A stretch of DNA of 64,000 bases from Chrysemys picta bellii (taxonomy: Eukaryota). Numbering within the stretch: the stretch's first letter is position 1; every line of letters starts with the position of its first letter. Below are positions 25,571 to 39,129 of the stretch, in pieces. Made by a program: the position numbers and the translations under genes. The notes under the pieces were generated by a model. The model worked only from the letters and a program-made list of their open reading frames with translations. It did not search any database and had not been told where the DNA came from. The stretch covers positions 99,448,001 to 99,512,000 of the forward strand of contig NC_088798.1 in NCBI RefSeq assembly GCF_011386835.1, read 5' to 3'.

Positions 25571-28500
25571 GCACGAGGGAACTGCAGCCAATTGTCCTTG
25601 CCAGAAGGCAGGTTGCTACAGTGGGGTGAGAAAGGGGATAAACAGAGGCCCCTATCAATACAGAAGGACTACAACTTGCAAGGAAACATGCTTCTGAAAG
25701 ATTAGCAACCATGCCATAATCAAAGACAGTTTCAACAGCCAAGGAAAGACTAGACTCACCAGTCACAGCTGAGATAGGAGATATGTCTGAGCCAGGCTTC
25801 ATCAAGAAATCAGAGGGTGAGGATGCAGTTCTTATAATTCCAGGATGGTTTGCTTTCTTCAGACCTCTGTCCTGGTGCTGCCTCAGGGACCACACTGCCT
25901 CACCTGTCAGCTACATGTAGAAGTGACTCATTCATCTGGCCAAAATTCCATGGGGTGCAGCCTAAAGACATCTGTGCTTCAAATGCTCCTGCATCGGGAA
26001 TGGGCTCCTGCACTATTTCCCCCATGCACTGGGCTCTTTGCAGATGTCTTTCCTCTTTCTCTCTCTCCACTCCTGTTCTTCACAAGCCTCCTGCTCAGCC
26101 CTTCACCTTTGTTAAGGGCCTCAGTGACTCCTCTAGCATCTTAAAGACATTGCTGGGCTACTCAGTTGTGAAAGACGTGACAGGTTGAATTGGACTAAAC
26201 TACTGCACCAACCTCTTCAAGTCTCTGCAATTATCTTCTTTCTAGGTAGGAATCTCTCTCATTGATTATATGGCTCTTCTGATTTTCATCCGCTGGAGTG
26301 CTGGATCTTTGGGATTATCCTTTCAGCGTTGCATCCTTTCCCCTTGCCTACCACTTAATGTCACAGGCTTTGGCCAGTTAGTCCAGTTATAGCTTCTCTC
26401 AATTCCAGCCTTATCCGCCTGAAAGTCTAGCTCCACAAATAAAGTAGAGTGGGAGTTTCCATGTTAATGTGCTTTCCCCTGGAGCCCTCAGGGAAAGGTC
26501 CTGAACATGATTTCTTCCGCTTGGATGGAAAGAGGAATTCCTGCTATAGCCTCCATGAAATTACAGTCTTCTGTTTTTCTGAAATGTAAACCAAAGTCAA
26601 TATTACCTTAGAGCCTCTTATTCACGTTGTAATAAAATGAGACACTTCCTTGGAAATAAGTTTTAAGACACTTAAGTCTTATAATGTTCATATTTACTAG
26701 AGTAGAGTTTGCAGCTGACCTCTGGGCCCTGATGTTTTGGAAGCACAATTCTAGATGATCTTCCAGTTTTCTCTCTCTTCCAACACACTAGTTGGTCAGA
26801 AATGCAGATTTTCCCCCATCTCAGTCCCCTTTTCCTCTCGAAACTCTTGTTTGTTCATGTGTCTCTCATGAGGCATAAAGAGTGACATATTACAGCAAAT
26901 CTGCTGGGAATCGCTTGTAAAACACATTATTTTGAATCAGCCTCATTAGAAGTCTCCCTTCTCCTTGATTTAAAACAGATACAGTGCTTGAGAAATGAGA
27001 ACTAGAGTGATTTTTTCCCCCGGCTGGCTGTTTGGCTCGACAAATCATAAGAAAAGTGAAAATAAATCTGTAAACCAGGAGTACAAGTCACATGTTGCAT
27101 TGAAGTGATGCCTCCCCTGACATAATTAAGGGCTTGGAGTGTTTCCCATGATATTCAGTCCTCTATTAATAAAATATTCATATTATTTTACATTTATAAA
27201 TGGCATGATCTTGCATTCCTTGCATATCCCAAATCCCATTGACTGAGGACCTTACCCCGTTTCACAAAATATGTCTTTGGCCATTCCACTGCTCTCCTCC
27301 ACAGCTGTTGTGTAGAGAACTTCGCTCCTGTTGGCTGCCTCACAGCACCCCAGAGGTGGCTGCATTTCAGCACTACATGATTCAGTTCCTGCTTAAAATG
27401 GTTTTACACTGGTGCAACCCCAGCAAAACCAGGGAAGCTAGTTTTAATTTATCTCAGACCGCAATTGGTAAGATCACAATCAAGCATTGTTGAAATGCAG
27501 CAGCTTCTGGGGTGGAAGCCAACTGGTGCACACCTCACCGCACAAAGCTGCTGGCAAGAAGGGTAGAATCTTTGGGCAAGGCTAGAGGGGTAAAATCCCT
27601 CCCCAAAATGTTACATTACATGGTATGTCAGATTTGATGCAATTTCTTTTCATTATTTAGGTGTCAGTAAACAACAATTTTCATTGTCGGGGCTGCTTGT
27701 AGGCAGCACCTACAACCCTCTTGGCACCATGGTTTGGTTTAAAGGCCTCTGGCTTCACCTTTCTTGAACCACTTAATCACATTTAAAGGCCTTAATAAAA
27801 TTAACACACATCATTATTTGGTGGCCCTCAGTCCGGCCAGTTTCCTGTCATCATAATCCAAACAGCCCTGATACCCACAAACCCCAGGTAGCTCTCCTCC
27901 CATATGGAGCCTGCAGCTCATCTGTAAGGGTGTCTTCTTGCCTGTACATGACAGTAAACTCTTGGGTAAAGTCCTGGACCATTGACATTATTGCTGGCCT
28001 TAGTGTGCAAACTTTAATGTACCTTTAACTTCCGTGTTTCCCAGGCACTACCTTGTAGTTTGGGACAATAGGTTAAGAGATCTGTAATCCTCCTGCAAGG
28101 TCATTGCTCAAAGCTGTCACAAACAAGTCCGTTTGCACTGCTTTTGTTGAAGGTGCCATAACCACCCAGCATCTGTGCCCTCCGCCTTTGGCTACATGTC
28201 TAGTTTCTAGGAATGAGGACAGTCACATTTCTCCTTGAAACTTGCAAGGTTCTCAGAGGAAGACCCCCCAAAACAGCGATCAGGCATATCTGTGTGCATT
28301 ATTAGACACTCTCCCAGGCTTGTTCATGATACCTGGCTCTACCTGGGCATAACGGGCCTGCTAAGACAGGGAGAGGTTGCAAGAGCTGAGTCAAGGCGGG
28401 AGAGACTGGAAAGGCTGCCAGCTGTTGGAGGAGGAGGTGCGCGTCTCTTCATCTGCCCAGCGCTCCCTATACCTGCTGGCTCAGACCAGCAGCAAATTAC

Positions 28501-31500
28501 AACTCCCCCTACCCTCACACAAACACACTGGCTGAGCTACTCTGGCCAGGGAATCACATAGTCCACATAGTCCAGAGAGGCAGTAGGTGGTTACATAACC
28601 CCACTTGCATCCCATGCATCCAGACCCAAATTTGACATAAGGGGGGAGGTTCTGGCTCCTAGCAAGGGCACACAGCAGACGTCACAGGTTAACCTTAGGC
28701 TATTAAAGCAGAATTATACGTATCAAATTCCCTTTCCAGGCTGTTCACTTTTTGCAGACTTTTGTTTTAACTTTGCCTTGATTTTTGTCAATTCTTCTGT
28801 ATTTCTTTAGTGGCAACTCACATGATCTTATTTTCCCCAATGTTTTTGCCATTTTTCCCCTATCACTTCTTTCCAGGGTGTGTTATGCTGGACCTGCTGT
28901 ATTTCAGTCATAGTTTATACCCCTGAGGTGAGTATGTCCTGGATTACTCTTGCCTGTGGAATTCTCTGGGGAGACTCAAGTTCTCAGGACTGGGATTTAA
29001 CAACTCTGGATTGAGTAGCCACCTACCAGTGCACTCAGAAGATGGACACTTATGCGGGACAGCTAAGTATCCATCCCACACTCAATCTGCCTTTTGAACT
29101 AGAACAATAGTAGTGGTTCCAAAATAGCTGGTTAACTTTCGGTATTTTACAATGTCTGTTTGATTCTACACTTCCTTGTATTTCAAGCAATTTCAAAACA
29201 GGATTGGATCCACCTGACAATAGCGAGGTGGAGCCCAGGTGAAACATGCATGATATTCTGTTATGCTTTAACTACAACATGTGAACTTTCAGGGTGTCTT
29301 CAGACAGTACCTCCATACATAAGATTTTCTCCCATGTTCTCATGAGAACAAGGCAAAATACACTAATCACACTTCATATACTTCATTTTGCCTTTTGTTT
29401 CTCTTAGGACCACATCAAGATAATAGGATTTTATAATCTTTTGTGTTTTCCCACCACAATGTTATCTAACTTTGATCAGTACATCCACAGGAAAAAATTC
29501 TGAGGCTAGATTTTTGTTATACATTATTTTTCATTATCTTTGTCTCAAATTTGGTGATTCAGGAACTGTTTTATGCAGTATTTTTAGTATTTAACTTCCT
29601 GTTTGCAGTGATTGCTTACAGAGTACAATATTCAATGACACTGTATAGCTCCCAACGAGACATAAGGATTGTAATGGAAATATCACACACCTCACTTCCA
29701 AGTTCTGATATATCAGCCCAGCACTGAAAGGAAACAGGATATTTGCAACTTTCTTTGCAGTTAGATAACTTGGAAATTTGGGTGAGAAAAACTTGCAATG
29801 ATATTGAATCCTTGGGGGTTACAATTCTTTCAGCCCTAAATGCAATGAAATAAATGTTAATGCAATGAAAAACAGAAATGTATGAGTTGATTTCATATGT
29901 CTATTGGCCATTGCATGGTCCGGACACAATATAGGTCAGAAAGATCCATGTATCAAATTTTGGGACTCCCAGAGTCAGATCTAAACTCCTAGGGGCTGTA
30001 TTGTGCCTAGAAACACCAATCTAGTGTGAACTCCTCTCCGCAGCTTGACTGCCGACATCCCTTTTTCCTCTTCTACCCCTTTCAGCACCTCTCTAGTTTT
30101 GCCATTCATTCCCACAGGCCCTGCATTGTGACCACAGAGTACATATCCAGAAGTTGAGGGACTCAAAGATGCTTTGTCTGCCAGGAAGCTCCTATGAATT
30201 TTCTTGTAAAAAAGTATTCTCAGGATGCTGAGGGCTTATGTTCCATAATTCTCTGCAAATATGCATTTTACACATGATAGGGTTACTCCCCTTTACACAG
30301 AATCCCCCACTAAAGTTGCAAAATGCCACAAACTATTTAAGTTACAACCATTTCCCGCCCCAGACTCTTGTGCCATTTCAGCATCACTAGCAGTTAAAAA
30401 AAGTTAGATAAAATCCTGAGCCTAGGTCTCATGTAATTTAGCCTAACAGGAGCTCAACATGTTTGCTGTTAATCTGGAAATCTGTGCTTTGGATGAGTTC
30501 TGCAGGGCTGTAACAGAAGAAATGTTTTCCTGTGCTGTGGAAGGCTGGGCGAAAGGTCAATATCAGGTCAACGCAAGAGAATTCTTCTGCCAAGCTATAG
30601 TATATACAACCATGCCAAGAGCCACATCTCAGCTGGTGAAAATTGATGCAGCTCTATTGATGTCAATGGAGCTAGGTTGATGTATATCTGACGAGAATCT
30701 GTCCCTCTGAGAAGGTAGTTTCTTTAGTTCTAAAATAAAAGGTGATTGGGCTCATGAATTTTATCAGCAATTGAAAGGTCTTGCTCGTGACTACAGTCCC
30801 ACCCTGAAGAATTAACTCCTGTTTCTATCACAAGACAGGTAAAAGGGGATTTTTCATTTTGGTTCTGCCTCCCTCATAAAATGTAGGCCCTGCGGTGTAT
30901 GTATTAAAAAGACAAAGGTAACGAGACACCCTGTCGAAGTGTTCCCTGTCATAGTGGACGAATCCATTGTCATAATGAGCAACCCAATAGGCAACACACT
31001 GAGGGTTATTTTAATAGACCCAACACTTTAAATAAAGCCTTCACCATCTGTTCAGTCTTTGGATCGCAAGGGCAAAAGGGAACACAATTCACAGGTGCAT
31101 CATAAAAAATAAGACAGAATTATTTAAACGCAAATATAGAACTTGTTTTCTTGGCTGCGAAATGTGACAAAGCTTTAAAATAAATGGACCATTAGCTCAT
31201 GCTAAGTTACATTGGATATTATATGGTGCCATGCAGTGTCATATGAATAATGTGAATATTGGAAGAATCCATCGTAATCAATGTTTTGTCCAAGTCAAGT
31301 GATGTCCCACTTAATTCCAATGTGGTGTCCACCATGCATCTGCATTACTTTCCTCATATTTTGCCATATGTCTTGGGTGAAAAGAACCCCCTGTCTTGGG
31401 ATATGATACATTCCAGTGTAGTGTGACTGCAACGGACACTGTCTAAGGGAAGAATCTCACCCAGGGTATTTTCATGATAATCAAGAATTTATCCCCTTGT

Positions 31501-31763
31501 CACCAACTTTAGAGCCAAAATCTGCTCTTGTGTCAAGGTGGTTTCCATTGAAGTTAAGGGCAGCTGGGTTTGGGCATAAATGTTTTTCTCTGGGAAGAAA
31601 GTCCTTTTACAGGATACTTTTTTTTTCATCTTACCCCTAAAGTGAGAAAACTCGTCCTCTACAAAATTACACAATCAAGTCATAACACTTTGCACTTGTT
31701 CTTTTTGTCTGAAGAGCTTAAAACTTTTTGGTAACGTTAATTAACCAAACCTAACAACACTCT

Positions 31764-32071
31764 GGGTACGTCTACACTATCCGTCGGATCGGTGGGTAGC
31801 GATCTATCTAATGGGGATCGATTGATCACATGTAGCGTAGACGCAATAAATCGATCCCCGATTGCTCTCCCGTTGACTGCTGAGCTCCAGCTTGGCGAGA
31901 GCCGGAAGCAAAGTTGATGGGAGAGAGGCAGCCGTCGATCCCACACCGCGAGGACGCAAAGTAAGTGATTCTAAGTCGATCTAAGATACGTCGACTTCAG
32001 CTATGCTATTCTCGTAGCTTATTTTGCATATCTTAGATCGTTTTCCCCCCTCCCCCAGTGTAGACCAGGCC
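31764..32071. mobile_element. PIF/Harbinger MITE, triple-hairpin family (copy C)
   Basis: TIRs GGGTACGTCTACACT...AGTGTAGACCAGGCC; 3-bp TSD TCT (31761-31763 / 32072-32074). Confidence 0.9.
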
Positions 32072-34439
32072 TCTGTCATGAAAAGAAACATTATGCCTGT
32101 TTTCCAGATGGTAAAAATGGACCAACAGAGAATGTCGGTCATCTCAATGCACGTGTCAGGTGCACACTTCCAGTCAACTTAAACAGGAATGGGGCATGTA
32201 ATTGCGATGCTCCGGATTCGGATACACCTATGCCTAGCTGATTTAATAATCCATTTAAAAATTGGGCAAGTGCATTCCGTGTATATCTGTACTGCTTAGT
32301 ATACTCTTGCTAAATATAAGGTGTGCCAGCAATTTGTTGAGTCTCTGATCAGACTGCTTTGTGGAAGGAATATGGCAGCCCTGATGGGGGCCTACTGCAA
32401 ATATCTTCATCAATGAGATGTTTCAAAACAAGAGCTGTTACAGGAAGCTTGACCAACTGTGTATTTTGTGCTATCTGGCCAACAACAAGTATGTTGCTGG
32501 ATGTTGTTCTTGCAGAAGCAGTGGCTGATTAAATGTAAGTATTTCTTTATGGCTATTGCCACTTATCCTTTCACTTAGGCAACATTGCTAAGCTGTCTCC
32601 TTTTAGGGTGTGTCAGTACATTTATTGACTATGATAAGTTACCCTGCAAGGAAGGGTTTACAAACCATCTATATTTTTTTGATTCTGAGACACATATAGA
32701 TCATGTTAAAAACCAGAAGTCCATTGTTCAATCAATCAAGTTAATCCTGGTGCTCCTTGATAACTATGGCTATCACATTTCAGAGTGATTTTACTGGATA
32801 TTACTGGGATTACTTGCAGTAGCCACTCAGTCTAGACAGGGGTTTCTATTACAGTGAACACAGACAAAAGGGTAAGAAATATTAATGCCCAGCATCCATT
32901 AACCATGCACGAACGGCATATCAGAGGGTGGATCCTAGACACTTTGCCTTGGTTCCCCCTCTCTTTCGTTTCTCTCTCAGCAGGGCATTGACTTTTTTCT
33001 TTAACAGGTCATCTTCACAAAGGAAAGTAAATAAGACGGGGTGCTTGAAAACTTTGCCAGTTAGAATTTTAGGATGGTTATAGTTTCCTTCCACTTCAGT
33101 TTGACGCAGTGTCATAACATAAGGGATCCCCATTGGACGACCTATTTGAAGTATTATCCTCACGATGACTTACCATCTTTTCTGGCCTCTCTTTAGGGTT
33201 TGAGTAATAATATTTCTACCAAAGCACACAGCTTGAAAACCCATGGTGTTGGGATTCCCTCTGGGCTGCCTGGAGAACGCTGTAATGCTAGAAACCTGCT
33301 GTGGTGGTAAAGATGATCACAAGGCCACCAGCAGGGCTGGATAAAATTAATACTCACTGTTGTTGCTGAAACTAAGAATGGCGAACACTCCAGGAATGCT
33401 GCTCCTTGATTAAACCTCGTGCAGTTCTCCCTGACATGAGCAGTCTTGTGTGAGAAGATAATATCTCCTGCAGCTAAATAAGGCGAGGTGGATGATGATT
33501 AAAATTAGGCCTAATTAACAAGGGGCTGATGTGAGGTAACGAAGCACAATTTTCAAGCATTTCAAACTTCTATTTTTTGCTGCTTCACAATATTCTCAGC
33601 TGATAACATCTGAGCCAAATATCATCTGTTGCACAGACTGCTCCCTGGCTACCCCGGATTTTATTTTTGATATTGCATAGCTCAAACTGGTGCAAAAGTG
33701 CCCATCACAAATCAAACCAATTTTCTAAAACACACTGGGAGTTGGACAAAGGCGGTATAACAGCAGAACAAGTTAAGCAATTTGCTCACATGTGGATTGC
33801 CTGTCCTGACTGATCCCCACGGCCTCTGTCCTCACCTCCTGCAAATCCTTTCTCAAGAAGCTGTGAACTGAAAGCCAGTGAGGTACCGAGCCAGTTGCTG
33901 GTAGCGATTGCTAGTGCCCCTGCAGGAGGGCATGCTGACAGCTGTCCTTAAGGAGGCATTTGCACACAAAACCATCCCTGACCATGACAATCTTGCCACA
34001 TCATTGACCAGTTTTAAACTTCTTTCTTTTTGGTAAAGATGGGCGAGAAGGTTGGTGATAAAGCAACTTTGGCAATGTCTGGTTTCCAGAGATTCCCTTG
34101 ACATCTGTCAGCCTGGTTTAATACAGAAACTGTGCTACTTATGTTGGCCGATGAACTAGTCCTGAGCCTGGATGAAGATCCCTTTACATTGGGCAGCTGC
34201 TTTTGATACTGTTAGTTGTGTCAGAGTGATAAGATTGCATTGCCCCTGCTCATGTGACATCTGTCCTATGGACAGGTCTGTCGTCTCCTGGGTTCTCCAC
34301 TTAACATCTTCCACAACAAATTCGCTGCTCAGCATATAACCTGAGTAACTACTCTGGGGAGCAGCTTGGACTGCAACCTCAGGGCTGCAATAGCCCCTGT
34401 GGCCTGTAGTTCCCTCAGAGAAAGGGACAGACAGTGGAT

Positions 34440-34700
34440 CTATTTATTTCAGGCACTTATCCCCCATTACCGTAATATCTGAGCATCTTACAGGCTTTAA
34501 TGTATTTATCCTCACAACACTCCTGTGAGGTAGGGAAGTGCTATTGTCCCCATTTTACCAATGGAAACTGAGGCACAGAGAGATTAAGGCCCAGATTCAC
34601 AAAGATATTCATACCTTTGTGGGTCTGGGTACAAATGACTAGGCTAAGGTCACACAGGAAGTCTGTGGAGGAGCCAGAAATTGAACCTGGGCCTCTATAC
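34440..34700 (-). mobile_element. MIR-like CORE-SINE with a small internal insertion
   Basis: ATCCTCACAACACTCCTGTGAGGTAGG...CCCCATTTTACCAATGGAAACTGAGGCACAGAGAG...AAGGTCACACAGGAAGT...AGCCAGAAATTGAACCTGGG is the reverse CORE plus tRNA head. An unrelated ~45-bp piece (GGCCCAGATTCACAAAG...) interrupts it at about 34586-34632. Confidence 0.8.
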
Positions 34701-35674
34701 TCTCAGGACCATCCGTCTGCTGCTGTATACATGAATCCATGTCGTTCAGACCCACTGGTCCCAGCCCATACCTCCTACCCTACCTGGAAACTCTTTCTTC
34801 CTCATGACCTGGAAGGAGCTTCCAGAGAGCACATCTCTGCAGTGTTCAGAGTGGGACCCCCACAACATGCAATTCTACTTCCAGTGGAATCACAATGGTT
34901 CCACTGCCTCCTGCTCCCACATTTTGTGAGCATAAGCTTCACGAATGCTTCTCTAGGAACTGTTGCCATCCTGTCCTCCTGCAGACAGGCACTAACTACT
35001 GCCTGAAGAATAAAGGACAACCATTTTTTTACTTTTTGGGGAAGCAGGCTAATGAGGATACACAATTTCTTGCAGGTACCTAGACAGAATGTTAGAATTC
35101 TGACCCCTTTCTGAATGGAGTAAGACTTATTTTAGCACACACAAAATTAAAATCATGCTTATAGAGCCCAATGGGGGGCAAGGGGGGGGGGAGAAGAGAG
35201 AGAAAAGAAAACTTCATGGTATGAAAACATTTCATATGTTCCGTATACGCTGCCAGGCTGTATAACCTGAATCTCTATGAAGACATAAATTATTGTCGTG
35301 TAGCTAAATAAACATCTCCGTGAATAAAACATGTAATAAAAGTTTTCTCTAGCCTGTATTTTTCACTGGTTTAAATGTCATCTTGATTTTTTGGTCAAAT
35401 AAAGTAACAGCCTGGGACAACGTTTTACAGAAAAGACGATGCTTTGAATTAAAGCAGCTAGCTTGGCATTTGAAGCTATGGCTGGGGATTCAGAGCCTTT
35501 CCCCACTCTTCGGAGAGCTTTGACTAATACCTGCACATTTCAAGCAAATGAAAAATGAGGCAACACAAAGGAAGGTTTTCACCGAAACTCCAGCCAAGCC
35601 ATACTTTGCAAGAGTCACAGCGAACATTTCCTCTGACTCCGTGAGCTGACATGAAGGGCTTTTTTCTGGATGGC

Positions 35675-35897
35675 TGGATTTTCTCAGTCTCTATTTATCT
35701 CCTCTAATTTTTCTCATCTCATTTGCTTTTTTATTCTTTCCTCTCTGTTTTTACTCCTGACATTTTCACCTCTCTTCCTCCTTGCCCCACTCCTGTCATA
35801 TCCCCTTTTTACCCTTCCTCTCCGTGTTTCATCCATCCACTTGTTTCTCCCATTGATTTTCAATTCCTTCATGTCCTCTACCTTCCCTTGCTCCCAG
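35675..35897 (+). repeat. Pyrimidine-rich low-complexity tract
   Basis: About 220 bp dominated by C/T; explains the hydrophobic ORFs at 35670 and 35723. Confidence 0.7.
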
Positions 35898-37835
35898 AGC
35901 TCTGAATTATCTTAGCTAGAGCAATCCGTACCAACTCGCTCTGATGGAAGGAATTCCATTTAGAAAGGATCTCTACTCACACGGTCAGATCCACTTCCAG
36001 GAGTTCGGGGCGTGTTTGAAAGTCAGGCTCTGACTTGGCCCATTCCACAGAAAAGCCAGAATTATGAAGTCAGGTGCCAGCATCAGGGTGGTGTTTAGGG
36101 TTCCATCTTCCAATTCAGGCCCATCTCCACATGGCCACAAAATAGGAGGAGGGTTTTGTTTCAGTATGAGATAGAAGAACGGATGTATAGAATAATATTA
36201 GCTGAACAATGCCAGGGCACATAGAGTATTGCTATAGATACTGGCATGTCTAAGGTGTTCAGGCAGCATGAGGTGAAGCCGAGAATTATCTTTCACCCCT
36301 TGAGATGTAAGAGCTCATGGCCTGAATTTTATTAGTTCAATTTATAACAGAACTTCTGGGGGTGAGTTGGGAAATGAACATCTGCAAAGTCAATAATTAT
36401 TAAGAGGTCCTTATAGAAAAGTGTCCGGTTAGTTAATCTGGAATGGGTATCACCTGCATCTTTCTGACAAGGGCAGTTTCCAGCTAGTCCCCTTCCGCAT
36501 CCAAATCTGGCTTGTAGAGTGTGTCGTTGTTTTGACAGTTGCTGAATATATACACTCCTGCAGTGCACTATCAGTGATCTCGTCTCAACTTCCCCCTCCA
36601 AAAATTATCTCTGGGTGCAGACCTCCATCACATCAATGACAAGGAAGTGCCCAAGCGACCTTATGACAGCAGTGGGATAGGGGCTGTGAAGGCTGATAAA
36701 GGCTCTAATATTTGTAAAATGCCTCTGCTGCATCCTCAACTTCCACCTGAACCCATCATTTTACTACATTATCATGATAACTCATCACTCCAATTGTCAC
36801 CTCCAGTTACCGGCTAGGCATAGGCAGGTTTCAGCACAGTCCCATCAGATGGCTTTGAATAAATTGCTCTCCAGGCGCCAGATCCACTGAAGTCTATTGA
36901 ACTAGGCTGATTTACATAGCTTGAGGGTTTGGCCCATAAAGAACAGCTGTAAGACTTTTTCCTATTGCTTTCATTGATTCTTAAAGTGCCATTCAAATTC
37001 TCTGCAATCTGATTGTTCAAAAACTGTCCTGGCTCCCGATGGCATTTATAACAATAGCACTGTCTGGGATTAAACTGTCTTTGTTAAACTTGGTAACAGA
37101 CTCAATCAATATCAAAATGTATGTTTTGGTTTCATATACACCTCAGTATGGAGAAAAATAAATGAGCTGGAGGAAGGGTGGCTACTATTATTTCCTTAGA
37201 TATAGGACCCTAATTGCTCTTCTTTATCCAGACAGTTCAAAACTGAAGCCGGTAAGCATCTGTCAAGGACGGAAATGTTTACGATAATTAATCACATCTC
37301 ACCTGTTCCTCAGCCCAAGCTCCTGCTCTAACATTGGCCCTCAATAAGGCTCCCCCATTTTGAACTTTCACTTTAAACAAAAAATGTTTGGAATGTTCCC
37401 GGTCTAGAGGCTTTTACAGAGTTTCATTAAATGAAACTGATGGCTTCTAGTTAAAAACATGCCTCTTTCTTTTCACTCTTTCTTGCTGCTGCTGCAATTT
37501 TCGGACATGCTTCTTCTAACTCGGACTTGCCATGTAGCCCCTATCTGGGAGGGGGCTTTGCGACGTACATATTTGCATTTTAAAACAATAAAATAAAGAG
37601 GTTATTTTTCTTTCCATAAAGAGAGCTGTCACTTAACCCAGCACTTTGTCTTTTCTGCGACTGCTCTGAGTTTCTGTACTCCCAAACCCGCATGATGGTG
37701 GTGGTGGTGAGAGCAGTCAAGTGCATAATTCTCACTTCTCAGATGAGAATGTCCCCTAATCTGCAGGGTAGTTGAAAATGGTCACAGACTCCTGTGGAAG
37801 AAAACGCAGTCTTCACTCTTAGGTTGTTTGCAACA

Positions 37836-38234
37836 TGTCAGAGACAGTTTATTCTCAAGCAATTGCAAGGGGGAGAGTGCGCACGGACAGGGATTCCCCC
37901 TTCCTAGGCAGGTCTCCGCCAGATAAACAATTAAAGCAAGCATTTATACCTTTTGTTGCATACAATAATGATCAACAGCCGCATCTTGTTTATCATATTC
38001 CTTCCTGATAGTTTACTTTTCTCAATAGTTCCTGCTACAGTCTGTGTTCCATTCTTATCTAACACAAGATCAAACAGCATCTCTTACAGTTTTCCCACTC
38101 GCTTCCCGCTCGCCTAGGCCCTGCCTTAAAGTCTCGCGTTATTAGAGTTAGAGTTAGCTTGACTCTTGCTCTATTCTGTTGAAAACTAAGATGTCTGCGT
38201 CCAAATTCCCTTTATCCCTTTTTCCACTTCCACA
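37836..38234 (-). mobile_element. Solo LTR (ERV-like)
   Basis: TGTCAG...TTCCACA termini; minus-strand AATAAA at 37848-37853 near the LTR end, and a TATAAA about 80 bp upstream of it; TSD imperfect (AACA / CACA or CATA). Confidence 0.7.
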
Positions 38235-38271
38235 CATACATATATCATTTATAAAATGATCCAGACCAGGA

Positions 38272-38540
38272 GGAAGGAGTGTGCCCAAGTGGATAGGGCA
38301 CAAATTCAGGAGACTTGGGTTGTAATCCCCACCTGCTGTTTGACATTGGGGAAGTCTGTTTCCACCCTTTGTCCATTATTTATGTACAACGTAAGCTCTT
38401 TGGATCAGGGACTGACTCTTATTTTGAGTTTGAACAAAATAAATCCCCTAGCACTGTGGGGACTTAAATCTTGGTTGTGGTCTCTAGGCTTGTACAAAAA
38501 ATTATTAGTAAAAATAAGTAATAATAATAAATAAAAAATA
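38272..38540 (+). mobile_element. tRNA-derived SINE with L2-like tail
   Basis: Head GGAGTGTGCCCAAGTGGATAGGGCAC...CAGGAGACTTGGGTTGTAATCCC; tail ...CCTAGCACTGTGGGG...followed by (AAT)n. Confidence 0.7.
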
Positions 38541-38888
38541 TAGTAGGGATATATGGATTCATACACAGAATATATGTACCCATCCAAACATGTTACAACA
38601 TAAAGTAACATCTGCGATGTACCCTTGCACAAGGGCCTAGATCCTGCTCATCTTACCACAGAATTTGGCCTGGAGACACCTATGCAAAAAGTACCATCAA
38701 CACAGCCTCCAAACGTTAGTAACTACAACTGGTCAGATTATTTTGTGTGAATTTTTCCTCAAATACATTATTATTTTCAGTCACCAACCAGCTCTTTCAA
38801 AACTTAGATAATGTTCAGGGAGGTAGTCATTTGATTATTTCCCCTCAATCATGCTACACAATGCAAAACACCAGCCATTATATTTGCT

Positions 38889-39129
38889 CAGGGCCGGCTC
38901 CAGCTTTTTGGCCTCCCCAAGCGGCAAAGCGAAAAAAAAAAAAAAAAGATCAGCGGCACTTCGGTGGCAGCTCTACTGTGCCACTTCATTCTTCGGCGGC
39001 GGGTCCTTCCCACCGAGAGGGACTGAGGGACCCGCTGCCGAATTGCCGCTGAAGACCCAGACGTGCTGCCCCTTTCCATTGGCCGCCCTAAGCACCTGCT
39101 TCCTTCGCTGGTGCCTGGAGCCGGCCCTG
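38889..39129. mobile_element. hAT-type MITE
   Basis: Perfect 15-bp TIRs CAGGGCCGGCTCCAG...CTGGAGCCGGCCCTG; perfect 8-bp TSD TATTTGCT (38881-38888 / 39130-39137). Confidence 0.96.

Noticed and set aside
25491-25895. 134-aa minus-strand ORF, considered as a possible endogenous viral element
   Set aside because: No viral polymerase, capsid or glycoprotein motif recognised; partly antisense to an RTE fossil.
20574-26280. Exact 15-bp match TTATATGGCTCTTCT at 20574-20588 and 26266-26280
   Set aside because: A few 15-mer matches are expected by chance in 64 kb (about 2e9 position pairs versus 4^15, about 1e9); flanks do not align.
32820-32880. Possible plus-strand micro-exon (TTGCAG|...AAGG|GTAAG)
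   Set aside because: Splice-like motifs are frequent by chance; there is no coding or transcript evidence.
33323-33338. CTCF-like GGCCACCAGCAGGGC
   Set aside because: Mismatches at several core positions in the 3' half.
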